Positions 28,642 to 39,382 are shown, counted from the stretch's first letter. The stretch: 64,000 nucleotides of DNA from an uncultured Dehalococcoidia bacterium (GCA_950072105.1 CATMOE010000008.1:21797-85796); one strand, 5' to 3'. Program-made: numbers and translations. Notes: generated by a model from the letters alone, not told the origin.

Positions 28642-29328
28642 TCAGGCGGCAGGAGGGAAGAATCGGAAGATTGCTGTCCGGTCGTCGTGCCTAAAGCGTC
28701 TCCCCAATTGCTCTGGCACCCCGCCTTTACCAAGGCGGCCTTCCACGACCTCATTCGTTTTCTCCGCCGCGTCGCTGGCAGAAGGAGCGGCGCGGATGAT
28801 GTCTGACAACTCCTCTACTAGCATATTGTCGGTCACTCCGTCGGTGGCCAGCACCAGTCGTGTGCCGGGTTCCACCGGAAGCTCGGCGCGGGCCAAGTTT
28901 GTGAGGGTTTCGTTGGCCCCGATCGCTTTGGCCACCCCCACGTGCAGGAAACCGCCCATCCGGCCTGAGATCTGCCGGATGGAGTCACCGATAATGTGGA
29001 AGACCGGGCTATCCCCGGCGCTGATCACGTGCAGCTTGTCGTCTTGGTACAGAACGATCGATACGGTGGTCAACAAGAACCTTCCACCGCCGACCTCGTA
29101 AAACTCCTGGTTGACCGCCTCAAGGGCGGCGACGATGTCCTCGGGCGATTTGATAGTTGCCGCGGATAGGGCGTCCACCACCGACTGGCTGGCCTCCTCC
29201 CCGCCATGGCCGGTGACGCCGTCCATCACGCAATCCATGAAAGAATTATCGCCCAGGTCACGGAGCAGAAAGTTATCTTCTCCGTGAGATGAGTTATCTT
29301 GGAATGTAGCTACTGTGCTACTGAGCAT
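28642..29328 (-). CDS. PP2C/SpoIIE-family phosphatase
   Basis: GEDN, VMDGVTGHGG, AGDS, LATDGVTD, HDDRT. Confidence 0.85.
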   Translation of the reverse strand: MLSSTVATFQDNSSHGEDNFLLRDLGDNSFMDCVMDGVTGHGGEEASQSVVDALSAATIKSPEDIVAALEAVNQEFYEVGGGRFLLTTVSIVLYQDDKLHVISAGDSPVFHIIGDSIRQISGRMGGFLHVGVAKAIGANETLTNLARAELPVEPGTRLVLATDGVTDNMLVEELSDIIRAAPSASDAAEKTNEVVEGRLGKGGVPEQLGRRFRHDDRTAIFRFFPPAA

Positions 29329-29372
29329 GTTCCTTGTCCTTCATTGTTTCTATACGGATTTGGCTGTCGGGA

Positions 29373-30443
29373 TCAGCGGTCGAAAGCCGCTAATTCGACT
29401 TCGGCGTCGAAAAGGTATTTGTTCCAGTGGTCTTCTTTAAGCCAGTTTAGCGCCTCTCCCCATGCCAGGCGCATCTTATCCATGCCCTCCAGATCCTCGT
29501 CTCGTTGATCAACTGCCGTCAGGTAGGAGTTCAAGTCCTGGCAGAAGCCGGCAAGGTCGGTATATGAGCGGTCGTGAACCCTGGCTATCATGTCCAGGGC
29601 AGCGGTTCGCACCGGCTCGTCCGTTTCGCCGAAAGCTGCGGCCATCTCGTCCAATTCCTCTAGGAAGTTGACCACCGGACGTTGACCGTAGGGTTCCCGG
29701 TAGTCCGCCGCATCCTCAGGATGCGTTTTGGGAGTGGCGTAAAATTTCAGCATTTCTAGACAGAAGTCGTGAATGTCCCTGGGCGGCCTACCCCGGCGGT
29801 CCGGCTCTCCATCCAAGGAAACCAGGTCACCACAATCGACGACGGTTATATGGCCGGTTAATGGCTGGTAAAAAAGGTTTTGTGGGCGAAGGTCCAGCAA
29901 AATATAGCCGATCTGGATAAAAGATTCTTCCAACGTCAGTAATTGTTCGTGAACGGCGAATGGGGCGCGGTCCGGTGGGCGCAGCAATGGGTGTAAGGCG
30001 AACAGGTTCTGGCCTACACCGGTTGGGACTCCCGTGATGCGGGCTCTCATGTCCCCCACCATCAAAGGTATGCCTTTGGCTCGTTCTTCTACGATAACCC
30101 GGTATTCCTGCCCCAAGGAGTCGCCGTAGAACTGGTCGTGGATCGCTCGTTCCGTATATCCAACCATGGGCACTAAATTTTCGTTGGTCTGGCCGATCTG
30201 CTCTAGGACTTGAAGTGTACGATCGGTGCGCGCTTCGGTGCTGACGTGCATTCCCCGGCTTATCATCTGGGGTACGGGCCTCTTCAAAACCACCTGTTTG
30301 CCGGTTTCCTGGTCCAGCGCCGCTCGGACTTCATAGTCGGCGCCGGTACCCAAGATACCAGAGGTCTGGAAGCGGTCAAGGTCGACTTTTTGCATCAACA
30401 TACGTCCGATCGCCAATCGCCCCATCACCGCGCCAAGAGCCAT
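29373..30443 (-). CDS. Divergent Ser/Thr protein kinase-like protein
   Basis: LGTGADYEV (Gly loop), VVLK, LLDLRPQN (catalytic loop), VVDCG (DFG-like); start may be 30401. Confidence 0.65.
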   Translation of the reverse strand: MALGAVMGRLAIGRMLMQKVDLDRFQTSGILGTGADYEVRAALDQETGKQVVLKRPVPQMISRGMHVSTEARTDRTLQVLEQIGQTNENLVPMVGYTERAIHDQFYGDSLGQEYRVIVEERAKGIPLMVGDMRARITGVPTGVGQNLFALHPLLRPPDRAPFAVHEQLLTLEESFIQIGYILLDLRPQNLFYQPLTGHITVVDCGDLVSLDGEPDRRGRPPRDIHDFCLEMLKFYATPKTHPEDAADYREPYGQRPVVNFLEELDEMAAAFGETDEPVRTAALDMIARVHDRSYTDLAGFCQDLNSYLTAVDQRDEDLEGMDKMRLAWGEALNWLKEDHWNKYLFDAEVELAAFDR

Positions 30444-30595
30444 TTCGCCAGCTTCGGCGGTGGCTGTTTCACAACCTGCGAGGACAGACCGATGGTACCC
30501 CCTCGTAGGGCAAAATGCAATAAATCAGACTGATTTCCCAAGGCTGCTCCTTTCCGTGGATCGATGCGCCGGTAAGGCGCTTGGTGAGCATGGAC

Positions 30596-31489
30596 CTAGG
30601 TTATGGGGCTGCGATATACCAGAGTTACCCATTCTTCCTGATGCCACTCTTTGATATAGGTAAAGCCCAGATCCAATAGGACGGTTTCCACATCTTGGCG
30701 CTGAGACTCCATCAACCCGGAAGCTATCAGATGTCCACCGGCGATTAACGTAGGCAGGATATGAGGCGCGCGCTCCCCGACGGCACGGGCGGAAATGTTG
30801 GCGACCGCAACATCGAACTGCCCATTTCCCGCCAAAGGATGAGGCACCGACCCCTGAGTCAACGCCACTAATTTCTGCACCCGGGTGCGGCGAAAGTTTT
30901 GCCGCGCGGCTCGCACCGCTTGAGGGTCGATGTCCAAGGCGACCACTCGCGATGCCCCTAGTTTGGCGGCGGTGATGGCGAGGATTCCGGAGCCGGTTCC
31001 CACGTCTAGGACGGCCATGCCGGGCTTCACAATATCTTCCAGTGCCTCCAAACAGGTATGGGTGGTGGGGTGATAGCCTGTGCCAAAGGCCATTCCGGGG
31101 TCCAGTTCAATCAATACGTCGCCGGGACCTTCTTCGTAGTCTATCCACGTGGGCTTTATCACCAAGTGACGGCCCACTCTAAGCAGATCAAAGTGGGACC
31201 GCCATTCGCTTTCCCAGTCTTGCTCCTCGGGCAAGGGGGTGATGGTCAAGTCTTCCATGGGCTCAAGAATGGCGACCAACCTCAGCCCCACCTCGATGCG
31301 GGCCAAACGTTGACGGGAATTGGCCGGCAGATAGGTCCGCATCAAAACCAGGTCCGAGGCGTCTCGTTCCTGCCCCCGTTCCCGTACTCTTTCCATCGAA
31401 AGGCCACGGCCGTAGCGGCCGAACAAATACGAAACCGGTTCCACGTATTCGTATGGCACTCGAATGCTAAGCTCTTGCCAGGACATCAA
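30596..31489 (-). CDS. prmA: Ribosomal protein L11 methyltransferase
   Basis: LDPGMAFGTGYHPTT, LDVGTGSGIL, VANI; follows dnaJ. Confidence 0.95.
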   Translation of the reverse strand: MMSWQELSIRVPYEYVEPVSYLFGRYGRGLSMERVRERGQERDASDLVLMRTYLPANSRQRLARIEVGLRLVAILEPMEDLTITPLPEEQDWESEWRSHFDLLRVGRHLVIKPTWIDYEEGPGDVLIELDPGMAFGTGYHPTTHTCLEALEDIVKPGMAVLDVGTGSGILAITAAKLGASRVVALDIDPQAVRAARQNFRRTRVQKLVALTQGSVPHPLAGNGQFDVAVANISARAVGERAPHILPTLIAGGHLIASGLMESQRQDVETVLLDLGFTYIKEWHQEEWVTLVYRSPIT

Positions 31490-31569
31490 CTCTCCGAAAA
31501 AAACCCGGGCGGCAAAGCAACCCGAGCGTCTGGGTCTAAAACTTGCGGGTCAAGGCTACGTTCTAATGC

Positions 31570-32730
31570 CTAGCCCAAGACTTCCTTGATCCGCTCGAAT
31601 ATTCCCTTGTCGCTATCGTCATCTGATCCCTGGTCCACGCCGCCGGAGTCGTTGCCGCTTTGGCTGGAGTTGAGGGAACGGGCCAACTCCTCCAGCAATC
31701 TGCGTTGTTCCGGATCCAGCGCTTGGGGAACTTGCAGGTTCACCAATACTCGCAGGTCTCCGCGGCGGTTACCGTGCAGGTGAGGAACACCTTTACCCCG
31801 TATTCGGAATTCGGTGCCCGGTTGAGTCCCTTGGGGGACCTTGATCTTTTCGGTGCTCCCGTCCAGGGTGGGCACTTCTTTTTCCACGCCCAAGGCGGCT
31901 TCCGCCACGTTGACCGGGAGATAATACAACAGGTCATTGCCATCCCGGTCGAACTGTTTGTGGTCCCGTACATCAAGATGTATGTAAAGGTTGCCCGCAG
32001 GTCCGCCACCCCGCCCCACGTCCCCTTCGCCGGTAAGACGTACCTGCATCCCAGCCTCTACTCCCGCCGGGATGGTGACGGATATCTTCCGCTTACGGCG
32101 GTCTATGCCGGAGGCTCGGCAAGCGGTACAGGGAGTTTTTATGACCTTTCCAGAACCTCGGCAGGCTGGACAGGCGCTAACCTGGGCGAATTGGCCGAAG
32201 ATACTTCTCTGGGACCGCCGAACCTGCCCACTGCCCCGACAGGTGGTGCAGGAGCTTATTTCCGAGCCGGGTTCGTTGCCTTCGCCCGAGCAGTGTTGAC
32301 ACGGTTCCTGACGGGTAATCTCCACCTCACGTTCGGTGCCGAAGACGGCTTCGTGGAACTCAAGGACAACCCTTTGTTGAAGGTCTTCGCCGCGCTGAGC
32401 CTGACGCTCTCGCCGCCCGGAGACATCACCGAAGAATGAATCGAAAATGTCTCCGAAACCACCGAACACGTCGAAGCCGTCGAAGGGCCGGTCTTGACCG
32501 CCGTTGGAGCCAACCCCGGGGCGTCCGAAACGATCGTATTGGGCCCGCTTCTTGGGGTCGGAGAGTACTTGATAAGCTTCGTTGATCTCCTTGAATTTAT
32601 CTTCCGCGCCTTCGCTCTTGTTCCGGTCTGGATGAAACTCCATGGCCTTTTTGCGAAAGGCTCGTCGAATCTCCTCTTCATTGTCGGTTCTGGCTACTCC
32701 CAGAGCCTCATAGAAGTCCTTATCGGCCAT
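31570..32730 (-). CDS. dnaJ: Chaperone DnaJ
   Basis: HPD J-domain, G/F region, four CxxCxGxG-type repeats. Confidence 0.97.
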   Translation of the reverse strand: MADKDFYEALGVARTDNEEEIRRAFRKKAMEFHPDRNKSEGAEDKFKEINEAYQVLSDPKKRAQYDRFGRPGVGSNGGQDRPFDGFDVFGGFGDIFDSFFGDVSGRRERQAQRGEDLQQRVVLEFHEAVFGTEREVEITRQEPCQHCSGEGNEPGSEISSCTTCRGSGQVRRSQRSIFGQFAQVSACPACRGSGKVIKTPCTACRASGIDRRKRKISVTIPAGVEAGMQVRLTGEGDVGRGGGPAGNLYIHLDVRDHKQFDRDGNDLLYYLPVNVAEAALGVEKEVPTLDGSTEKIKVPQGTQPGTEFRIRGKGVPHLHGNRRGDLRVLVNLQVPQALDPEQRRLLEELARSLNSSQSGNDSGGVDQGSDDDSDKGIFERIKEVLG

Positions 32731-32934
32731 GCAATGTCACCTACTGTGGCTAACTTCATTGGATATAGTCTGGTTCATTATAGTGCAGCCAGGCGGCACG
32801 CTCAATAGCGCGAACTACCCGGTAATGCCTTTTAATCGCCGAATTTAGGCTGTTGAACCGGTAGCCACCGAAGCGGTAGTCGTTGCAATGGCCGTAGATG
32901 AGCGAAAATGGCGTGTCGAAATGATCACCTCTCC

Positions 32935-32963
32935 TTGACACCGGTGACCCTCATCGTTAGCAT
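32935..32963 (+). promoter_or_regulatory. Sigma70-type promoter of rny operon
   Basis: TTGACA-17 bp-TAGCAT. Confidence 0.65.
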
Positions 32964-33025
32964 GTAAGTTTAAGTGTGGTAACCAATTTACTCAGTATAA
33001 TCGACGGATAAGGAGAGGTGATAAG

Positions 33026-34558
33026 GTGCTAACTACAACTGTCATCATAGTCCTGGCCGTCCTTGCGGTTGCTGGGTTTGGGGTATCTGCATGGTTGACC
33101 CTCAGATCAAAGTTTGACGGTACAAAGGTAGACAACGCCAGGGAGAGAGCTGAAACCATAGTAACGCAGGCGGAGGAGGAGCAGCGTAAGCTCCTTCTTG
33201 CTGCTCAGGAAGACGTCCTTAAACTTCGCACCGAAGGTGAGAACGAAGTTAAAGAACAGCGCCAGGAGCTAAACCGGCAAGAACGCCGGTTCTTCCAACG
33301 GGAAGAGCAACTGGAGCGGAAGACTGAAAACCTGGATCGGTTGCAAGATGAGCTTAGCGGCAAAGAAGCCGAGGTCAAACAGACCTTGGTTGAGGCCGAA
33401 GAGATCAAAGGTAAACAACAGGAAGCTCTCGAAAGCGTAGCCGGTCTAAATGTAGCCGACGCACGGCAGATAGTCGTTAAGCGGGGCGAGGAAGAAGCCC
33501 AGCACGATCTGTCCCGCCGGTACTATGAGCTGGAAAAAGAACACAAGGCGAGAGCGGACGATAACGCCCGCAAGATCATTACCCTGGCGATTAACCGTCT
33601 AGCAACGGATGTTGTTTCTGAGGCAACAACCTCGGTAGTATCCCTGCCCAACGATGAGATGAAAGGACGTCTCATAGGCCGAGAAGGGCGAAACATACGT
33701 ACTTTGGAGGCCCTGACTGGCGTCGATGTGATCATCGACGATACCCCGGAAGTAGTGACGATTTCCTGCTTCGACCCCGTCCGGCGGGAGATCGCGCGTT
33801 TGTCATTAGAGAAACTTATCTCGGATGGGCGCATTCAACCCGCCCGGATCGAAGACGTGGTACTGCGTGCCCAAAAAGATATTGAGCAGACCATCTGGAA
33901 AGCCGGGGAGCAAGCCACCTTCGATGTTGGAATAAGCGGTCTGGATACGGAGCTTATCAGGCTCTTGGGGCATCTCAAATACCGTTATAGCTACGGTGAA
34001 AACGTATTGAAGCACTCTGTGGAGGTTGCTCTACTGTCGGGTATGCTGGCTGCTGAAGCCGGCGCCAACGTAGAAGTAGCCAAAATGGGTGGGTTACTAC
34101 ACGACATCGGCAAAGCCCTAACCCATGAAATCTCCGGGCCCCATGCTGAAATAGGCGCGGAGATCGCTCAGAAGCATGGTATCAACTATAGCTCCTACCG
34201 AGGGATTCTCGAGCATCACGACGACGAGCACGAGACTATCGAGTCTTTCTTGGTGGCTAGCGCCGACGCGATTAGCGCATCCCGGCCTGGGGCTCGCAAA
34301 GAGTCCTTGGAACTCTATGTTAAGCGGCTTAAGGACTTGGAACAGGCCGCCGCCGGCTTTAGCGGTGTAGAGCGGGTATTTGCGATTCAAGCCGGTCGTG
34401 AGGTAAGGGTTATGGTGAAGCCGGAAGACATGGACGACGTCGAGTCAGCCTCGCTGGCCCGCAACATAGCCCGTAAGGTAGAGGAAGACCTGGTCTTTCC
34501 CGGGCAGATCAAGGTAACGGTTATCCGGGAGACCCGCAACGTGGAATTCGCTAGGTAG
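33026..34558 (+). CDS. rny: Ribonuclease Y
   Basis: N-terminal TM, coiled coil, KH (GRLIGREGRNIR), HD (LLHDIGK), ADAISASRPGAR. Confidence 0.97.
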   Translation: MLTTTVIIVLAVLAVAGFGVSAWLTLRSKFDGTKVDNARERAETIVTQAEEEQRKLLLAAQEDVLKLRTEGENEVKEQRQELNRQERRFFQREEQLERKTENLDRLQDELSGKEAEVKQTLVEAEEIKGKQQEALESVAGLNVADARQIVVKRGEEEAQHDLSRRYYELEKEHKARADDNARKIITLAINRLATDVVSEATTSVVSLPNDEMKGRLIGREGRNIRTLEALTGVDVIIDDTPEVVTISCFDPVRREIARLSLEKLISDGRIQPARIEDVVLRAQKDIEQTIWKAGEQATFDVGISGLDTELIRLLGHLKYRYSYGENVLKHSVEVALLSGMLAAEAGANVEVAKMGGLLHDIGKALTHEISGPHAEIGAEIAQKHGINYSSYRGILEHHDDEHETIESFLVASADAISASRPGARKESLELYVKRLKDLEQAAAGFSGVERVFAIQAGREVRVMVKPEDMDDVESASLARNIARKVEEDLVFPGQIKVTVIRETRNVEFAR

Positions 34559-34740
34559 ACGACGATTTCGCCAGTGGTGAAAGCGTCGCGGTAGGCAACC
34601 AACCTAACGGTCCAGGTAGACTTGGATGAGGGGACCCAAGAACCGAAACTTGGGTCCCCTCAAGCTGTGTGAATGATTGGAATTCCAGGCTAGTTTCCAG
34701 CCCAGCTTCCAGATTGGACATCTCCAGGGGGAAATCGGTT

Positions 34741-35511
34741 TTGCGTATCCTTATGATTGGGGACATAATCGGCAAACCCGGTAGGCGGGCGGTGCGAAGT
34801 ATCGTGGGGGACCTACGCCGGGAACATAGCATCGACATGGTGATTGCCAACGGAGAAAACGTGGCCGGGGGATTCGGAATCACATTGGACACGGCCTATG
34901 AACTGTTGGAAAGCGGTGTCGATGTCATCACCTCAGGGAATCACATCTGGGACCAGAAGGAAATAATCCCTCACCTGGATGAGGGTTTGCCCATTCTACG
35001 TCCGGCCAACTATCCTGACGCTCCGGGCCGGGGTTACTTGATCCAAGAAGACGTCATGGTTATGAACCTGATGGGCCGGGTCTTCATGCCTGCCTTGGAC
35101 TGCCCATTTCGTACCGCCAGCCGGTTGCTGAAAGAATCCGGTAGGGAAGACGTTCCCGGGGTTATCATCGTCGACTTCCACGCCGAGGCCACATCAGAGA
35201 AGCAAGCGATGGGTTGGTATTTAGACGGCCGGGTTAGCGCGGTGTTGGGTACCCATACCCACGTGGGGACGGTGGACGGCCGAATCATGCCCAAAGGGAC
35301 CGCATATCTGTCCGATGTGGGAATGACCGGCCCGGTGGAATCTGTGATAGGTAGCGAACCGGAGGCCGTTCTCACCCGTTTCCTCACTGGCATGCCCCAC
35401 CGGCTGGCCGTAGCCGGCGGCCCGGTGAAGATGAACTCGGTCCTGCTGGATATTGACACTGAAACTGGAAAGGCGCGATCTATCGAGCGCCTGGACATTA
35501 TGGAGAGCTAA
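34741..35511 (+). CDS. ymdB: YmdB/TIGR00282 metallophosphoesterase
   Basis: IGDIIGKPGR, NGEN, GNHIWD, DFHAEATSEK, GTHTHV; TTG 34741 start. Confidence 0.93.
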   Translation: MRILMIGDIIGKPGRRAVRSIVGDLRREHSIDMVIANGENVAGGFGITLDTAYELLESGVDVITSGNHIWDQKEIIPHLDEGLPILRPANYPDAPGRGYLIQEDVMVMNLMGRVFMPALDCPFRTASRLLKESGREDVPGVIIVDFHAEATSEKQAMGWYLDGRVSAVLGTHTHVGTVDGRIMPKGTAYLSDVGMTGPVESVIGSEPEAVLTRFLTGMPHRLAVAGGPVKMNSVLLDIDTETGKARSIERLDIMES

Positions 35512-35512
35512 A

Positions 35513-36385
35513 ATGAGTGCCCTGGTTGACTTGCACCTTCACACTACCGCTTCAGACGGCCGGTTGTCTCCGGCTGAACTGGTCCGGCTTTTGGCTAAGC
35601 AAGGATTGAAGCAGGTGGCCATATCGGACCACGATACCACCGAAGGGCTGGAAGAAGCCTTCGCCGCGGCGAAGGAATTTCCGGACATGCGGATAATTCC
35701 CGCCATTGAGTTAAGCACGGATATCCCCGGCGATGAAGTCCATATGCTCGGCTACTTCCTCCGGTATGAAGATGAAGAGCTACAAACAATCTTGCGCCAA
35801 TTTCGGGCGGGCCGTTTGGAGCGAGGCCGGATGATTGTCGAAAAATTGGCCACTCTGGGCATCCATGTCGAATGGGAGAGAGTTCAGGAGATCGCCGGGG
35901 AAGGGGCGGTAGGGCGCCCCCATATCGCCCTTGCGATGGTGGAAAAAGGTTACTGCAAAGAACCTAAAGACGCCTTCCCGGAATACCTGGGACGCAACGG
36001 TCTGGCCTACGTGGAGCGGTCTAAGATGACGCCACCGGAAGCGGTGGAGATGCTGATACGGTTTGGAGCGGTACCGGTGCTAGCTCACCCAGCTTACCTG
36101 GTGAACATGGAGTCGACGATCGCCGAGTTAGCCGAAGCGGGCATCGTGGGCCTGGAGGTCTATTACGCGCAATTCAGCCCGGAAACGGTGGAACAACTTG
36201 CCCGATTGGCATCTCAACATGGGCTGATCCCTTGTGGTGGCAGTGATTATCATGGCCTGGGGAACGAAGGAGAGCCACTCCCCGGCACATTAGGACCGCC
36301 TTTGGAGACTGTGGAACTACTGGAGCAAGCGGCGGAAAAGATCGCCGCGGCCGTCGGAAGACAGGCGCGAGTCAGCGCACAATGA
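35513..36385 (+). CDS. PHP-domain phosphoesterase (TrpH/YciV-like)
   Basis: DLHLHTTASDG, SDHDT, GRPHIA, LAHP, GGSDYHG. Confidence 0.9.
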   Translation: MSALVDLHLHTTASDGRLSPAELVRLLAKQGLKQVAISDHDTTEGLEEAFAAAKEFPDMRIIPAIELSTDIPGDEVHMLGYFLRYEDEELQTILRQFRAGRLERGRMIVEKLATLGIHVEWERVQEIAGEGAVGRPHIALAMVEKGYCKEPKDAFPEYLGRNGLAYVERSKMTPPEAVEMLIRFGAVPVLAHPAYLVNMESTIAELAEAGIVGLEVYYAQFSPETVEQLARLASQHGLIPCGGSDYHGLGNEGEPLPGTLGPPLETVELLEQAAEKIAAAVGRQARVSAQ

Positions 36386-37107
36386 TGCCGATGGAATTAT
36401 TAGGTCTATACGCCTTTTCCTATCTATTAGGTTCAATTCCCACCGCTTATCTGGTCGGCAGGCTGGTCAAGCATGTGGATATCCGCGACTATGGCAGCGG
36501 CAACGTGGGCGGATCTAACTTATCGCACCACGTTGGCAAAAGATGGACTGTGCCTCAATGCCTATTGGACGTTGTGGTCAAAGGATCTGTTCCAATATGG
36601 ATCGGGCTGTATGGTCTGGGGCTCGACCCGACAGCGCCGTTGCTGGTGGTAGTGCCCCTGCTGGCCGTCCTAGGGCACAACTGGAGTATCTACTTGAAAT
36701 TCCAGGGCGGCCGCGGCATCGCCGTGGTTTTTGGCACCCTTCTAGCATTGGCCCCGCTGCTGTTGGCGGCGTTTGCCATGGTTGCGCTAGTTGGCTGGGT
36801 AATGACCAGAAGCGCCGGGGTTTGGGTATTGATCTCTTTGCTACTGTTGCCCTTGTGGGTAATGCTAATGCCCACATGGGCTGTTTTGGGTGGCGACCGG
36901 TTAGTGATAGGTTGGTTTTGCGGTGGGTTGGTGGGGCTGATTGTTCTGAAGCGGTTGGTATCTAATTGGACTCCCCTTTACAAAGGACTACCCAGAAAAA
37001 AGGTTTTGTTTAATCGACTTTTTCGGGACCGGGATATTGACGACCGGAACGAGTGGGTCTCGGTCGGGGGCATCGAGACTCAATCGGAGCGGCCGACCGA
37101 AGGCTAG
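36382..37107 (+). CDS. plsY: Glycerol-3-phosphate acyltransferase PlsY-like
   Basis: YLLGSIP, DIRDYGSGNVG, GHNWSIYLKFQGGRG. Confidence 0.85.
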   Translation: MMPMELLGLYAFSYLLGSIPTAYLVGRLVKHVDIRDYGSGNVGGSNLSHHVGKRWTVPQCLLDVVVKGSVPIWIGLYGLGLDPTAPLLVVVPLLAVLGHNWSIYLKFQGGRGIAVVFGTLLALAPLLLAAFAMVALVGWVMTRSAGVWVLISLLLLPLWVMLMPTWAVLGGDRLVIGWFCGGLVGLIVLKRLVSNWTPLYKGLPRKKVLFNRLFRDRDIDDRNEWVSVGGIETQSERPTEG

Positions 37108-37138
37108 CATCAGGCGAATGGGATATTGTTGAATCAAC

Positions 37139-37669
37139 ATGACCATGAATCAATCACAACAAGAGGAATTGATCCTAGGATCGGTTAACTACTGCTACCG
37201 GCATCCCGATGTCGAGACTGGGTTGTCATGCAGCCAGTGCGCAAAGTCCGTCTGTATCGACTGCATGGTTCAGGCCCCGGTTGGGATCCGTTGCCGCGAG
37301 TGCGGCAAAGCAGTCAAGATGCCGACCTATGACATTTCACGCGGTTACTACGCGCGGGCCGCCGGAGTGGGTGCGGGGGTGGCGATCGGCGGTGGCCTGA
37401 TGTGGGCGCTAGTCAATTTTGTCAACTTCAACTTCTTCGGCCTCCCATACCTAGCGTCTCTGATCGGCCTGGGTATCGGCTACGGTGCGGGAGAGTTGAT
37501 CAGCAGGTCGGTCAACGGTAAACGAGGCTCCGGCCTGGCTTGGATATCCGCTTGCTCAGTGATTGGAGCGTTCTTGGTAAGTTGGCAAACCGTCCCGTTC
37601 TCATTGGGTATTTTCGGTTTGCTCCTCATCGGTTTCGGCGTCTACACTGCCGTTCAGAGGGTCCGATAA
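37139..37669 (+). CDS. B-box-type Zn-finger membrane protein
   Basis: CYRHP..CSQCAKSVCIDC..GIRCREC followed by TMs. Confidence 0.75.
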   Translation: MTMNQSQQEELILGSVNYCYRHPDVETGLSCSQCAKSVCIDCMVQAPVGIRCRECGKAVKMPTYDISRGYYARAAGVGAGVAIGGGLMWALVNFVNFNFFGLPYLASLIGLGIGYGAGELISRSVNGKRGSGLAWISACSVIGAFLVSWQTVPFSLGIFGLLLIGFGVYTAVQRVR

Positions 37670-38194
37670 CTCCTGCCATAGGGTCCGGACCGTCTCCGTG
37701 ATAACCCCTCCATCGAAACCGCGGCGCTGCAAGAGGGACCAAAGGCGTCGCCGGAACTGAGAGAACTCCCCACGTGCCAACCGCATGGCCAAGCTAAGGC
37801 CGGCACGGTAGGCGTTCCCAGGCCCGTCGAAATTCTCCAAAGCCTCCCTGATCGTTTCCTCCGGAACTCCCTTACCCAATAGCTCCTGGCGCAACAATCT
37901 CTGTCCTCTTGGACGCCGCCGCTCCCGGCTGCTGCGCCACTGGCGGGCGAACGCGGCGTCGTCCAGGTAGCCTTGTTCTGTGAGGGCGGTGATTACGCGG
38001 TCGATGACCTGGGAGTCGTAACGTGGAGTCAGGCGGCGCCGTACTTCGGCCTCGCTGCGCCCCCGATAACCAAGGAGGCGGAAAGCGGCGCTCCTAGCGG
38101 CCAGATAGTCGGAGTTCCGCTCTGAAGCGCCATCAGGTGGGCTGGGTGCTTGAGACTTTCCAACCTGTCCAGGACCCCAATCAGAGTTGGTCAT
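37601..38194 (-). CDS. recX: Regulatory protein RecX
   Basis: RSEAEVRRRL, GYLDDAAFA, LQRRGF; downstream of recA. Confidence 0.9.
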   Translation of the reverse strand: MTNSDWGPGQVGKSQAPSPPDGASERNSDYLAARSAAFRLLGYRGRSEAEVRRRLTPRYDSQVIDRVITALTEQGYLDDAAFARQWRSSRERRRPRGQRLLRQELLGKGVPEETIREALENFDGPGNAYRAGLSLAMRLARGEFSQFRRRLWSLLQRRGFDGGVITETVRTLWQELSDPLNGSVDAETDEEQTENTQ

Positions 38195-38209
38195 TAATAA
38201 ACCTAAGAA

Positions 38210-38246
38210 GCCCCTTCGCTAGACAGTCGTTGTTCAGCGAAGGGGC
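38210..38246 (-). terminator. Hairpin between recA and recX
   Basis: GCCCCTTCGCT / AGCGAAGGGGC stem followed by TTCTT on the minus strand. Confidence 0.6.
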
Positions 38247-38275
38247 CCGCACAGAATCTTCGTGGGCAGGAGATT

Positions 38276-39382
38276 TTATTCCTCTTTCTCCGGTTCCGTA
38301 ACATTCGGGATGGCGTATTCGTTGCCGGTTGCTGACGATGCCGCCTCGTCGGCGGGGGCTTGCTCCGCCGGGCTTTCTTCCGGCTTAGCGGTAGTATCGC
38401 GGATCCTAGCTTCGAGGGAATCAGCGATTTCCGGGTGTTGCGTCAAGAATTCCTTGGAGTTCTCCCGGCCCTGGCCCAATCGAGTTTCCCCGTAGGAGTA
38501 GAAGGCGCCCGATTTCTTGATAATGCCTTGGGCGGTCCCCAACTCCAAGAGGTCGCCCATCCGGCTGATGCCCTGGTTGAACATAATGTCGAACTCGGCA
38601 ACGCGGAACGGAGCTGCTATCTTGTTTTTGACGATGCGGGCCCGTACCCGGTTGCCTATTATCTCGGACCCTTGTTTGATGGACTCCACCCGCCGAAGAT
38701 CGATACGGACTGAGCTGTAAAACTTGAGAGCACGTCCTCCAGGGGTGACTTCTGGGTTCCCGTAGGAAACGCCGATCTTTTCACGTAGTTGGTTGATGAA
38801 GATCACGGCGGTGTGGGAGCGGTGGATCGCCGAGGTCAACTTACGAAGTGCCTGGGACATCAGCCGGGCTTGTAGTCCCATGTGTGAGTCGCCCATGTCC
38901 CCTTCGATTTCTGCCTGGGGCACTAAAGCGGCCACGCTGTCGATGATGATTGAGTCGATGGCGCCGCTGCGGACCAATTGCTCGGTGATGTCCAGCGCCT
39001 GCTCGGCGCTATCCGGTTGGGCGATGAGCAGGCTTTCCACGTTCAGGCCGCAATGTTCGGCATAGACTGGGTCCATGGCGTGTTCCACGTCTATATAGGC
39101 GGCAAGCCCCCCCAATTTTTGTGTTTCGGCCATTATGTGGATGGCCAGCGTGGACTTGCCCGTCGACTCTGCTCCGAAGATTTCGGTTACCCGGCCACGT
39201 GGAATACCTCCGGCGCCCAGCGCCACGTCAAGGGCCAGGGATCCAGTTGGAATCACTTCGGTTGCTAGCCGCTGGGCCGCTTCGCCCAAGCGCATCACGG
39301 CGCCTTTGCCGTAGTCTTTTTCGATGTGGGCTAGAGCGATGTCGAGAGCTGCTTGTTTGTCTTTGTCGTTGTTTGTAGCCAT
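38276..39382 (-). CDS. recA: Recombinase A
   Basis: [39 protein letters not shown] 39382 after GGAGGG. Confidence 0.98.
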   Translation of the reverse strand: MATNNDKDKQAALDIALAHIEKDYGKGAVMRLGEAAQRLATEVIPTGSLALDVALGAGGIPRGRVTEIFGAESTGKSTLAIHIMAETQKLGGLAAYIDVEHAMDPVYAEHCGLNVESLLIAQPDSAEQALDITEQLVRSGAIDSIIIDSVAALVPQAEIEGDMGDSHMGLQARLMSQALRKLTSAIHRSHTAVIFINQLREKIGVSYGNPEVTPGGRALKFYSSVRIDLRRVESIKQGSEIIGNRVRARIVKNKIAAPFRVAEFDIMFNQGISRMGDLLELGTAQGIIKKSGAFYSYGETRLGQGRENSKEFLTQHPEIADSLEARIRDTTAKPEESPAEQAPADEAASSATGNEYAIPNVTEPEKEE

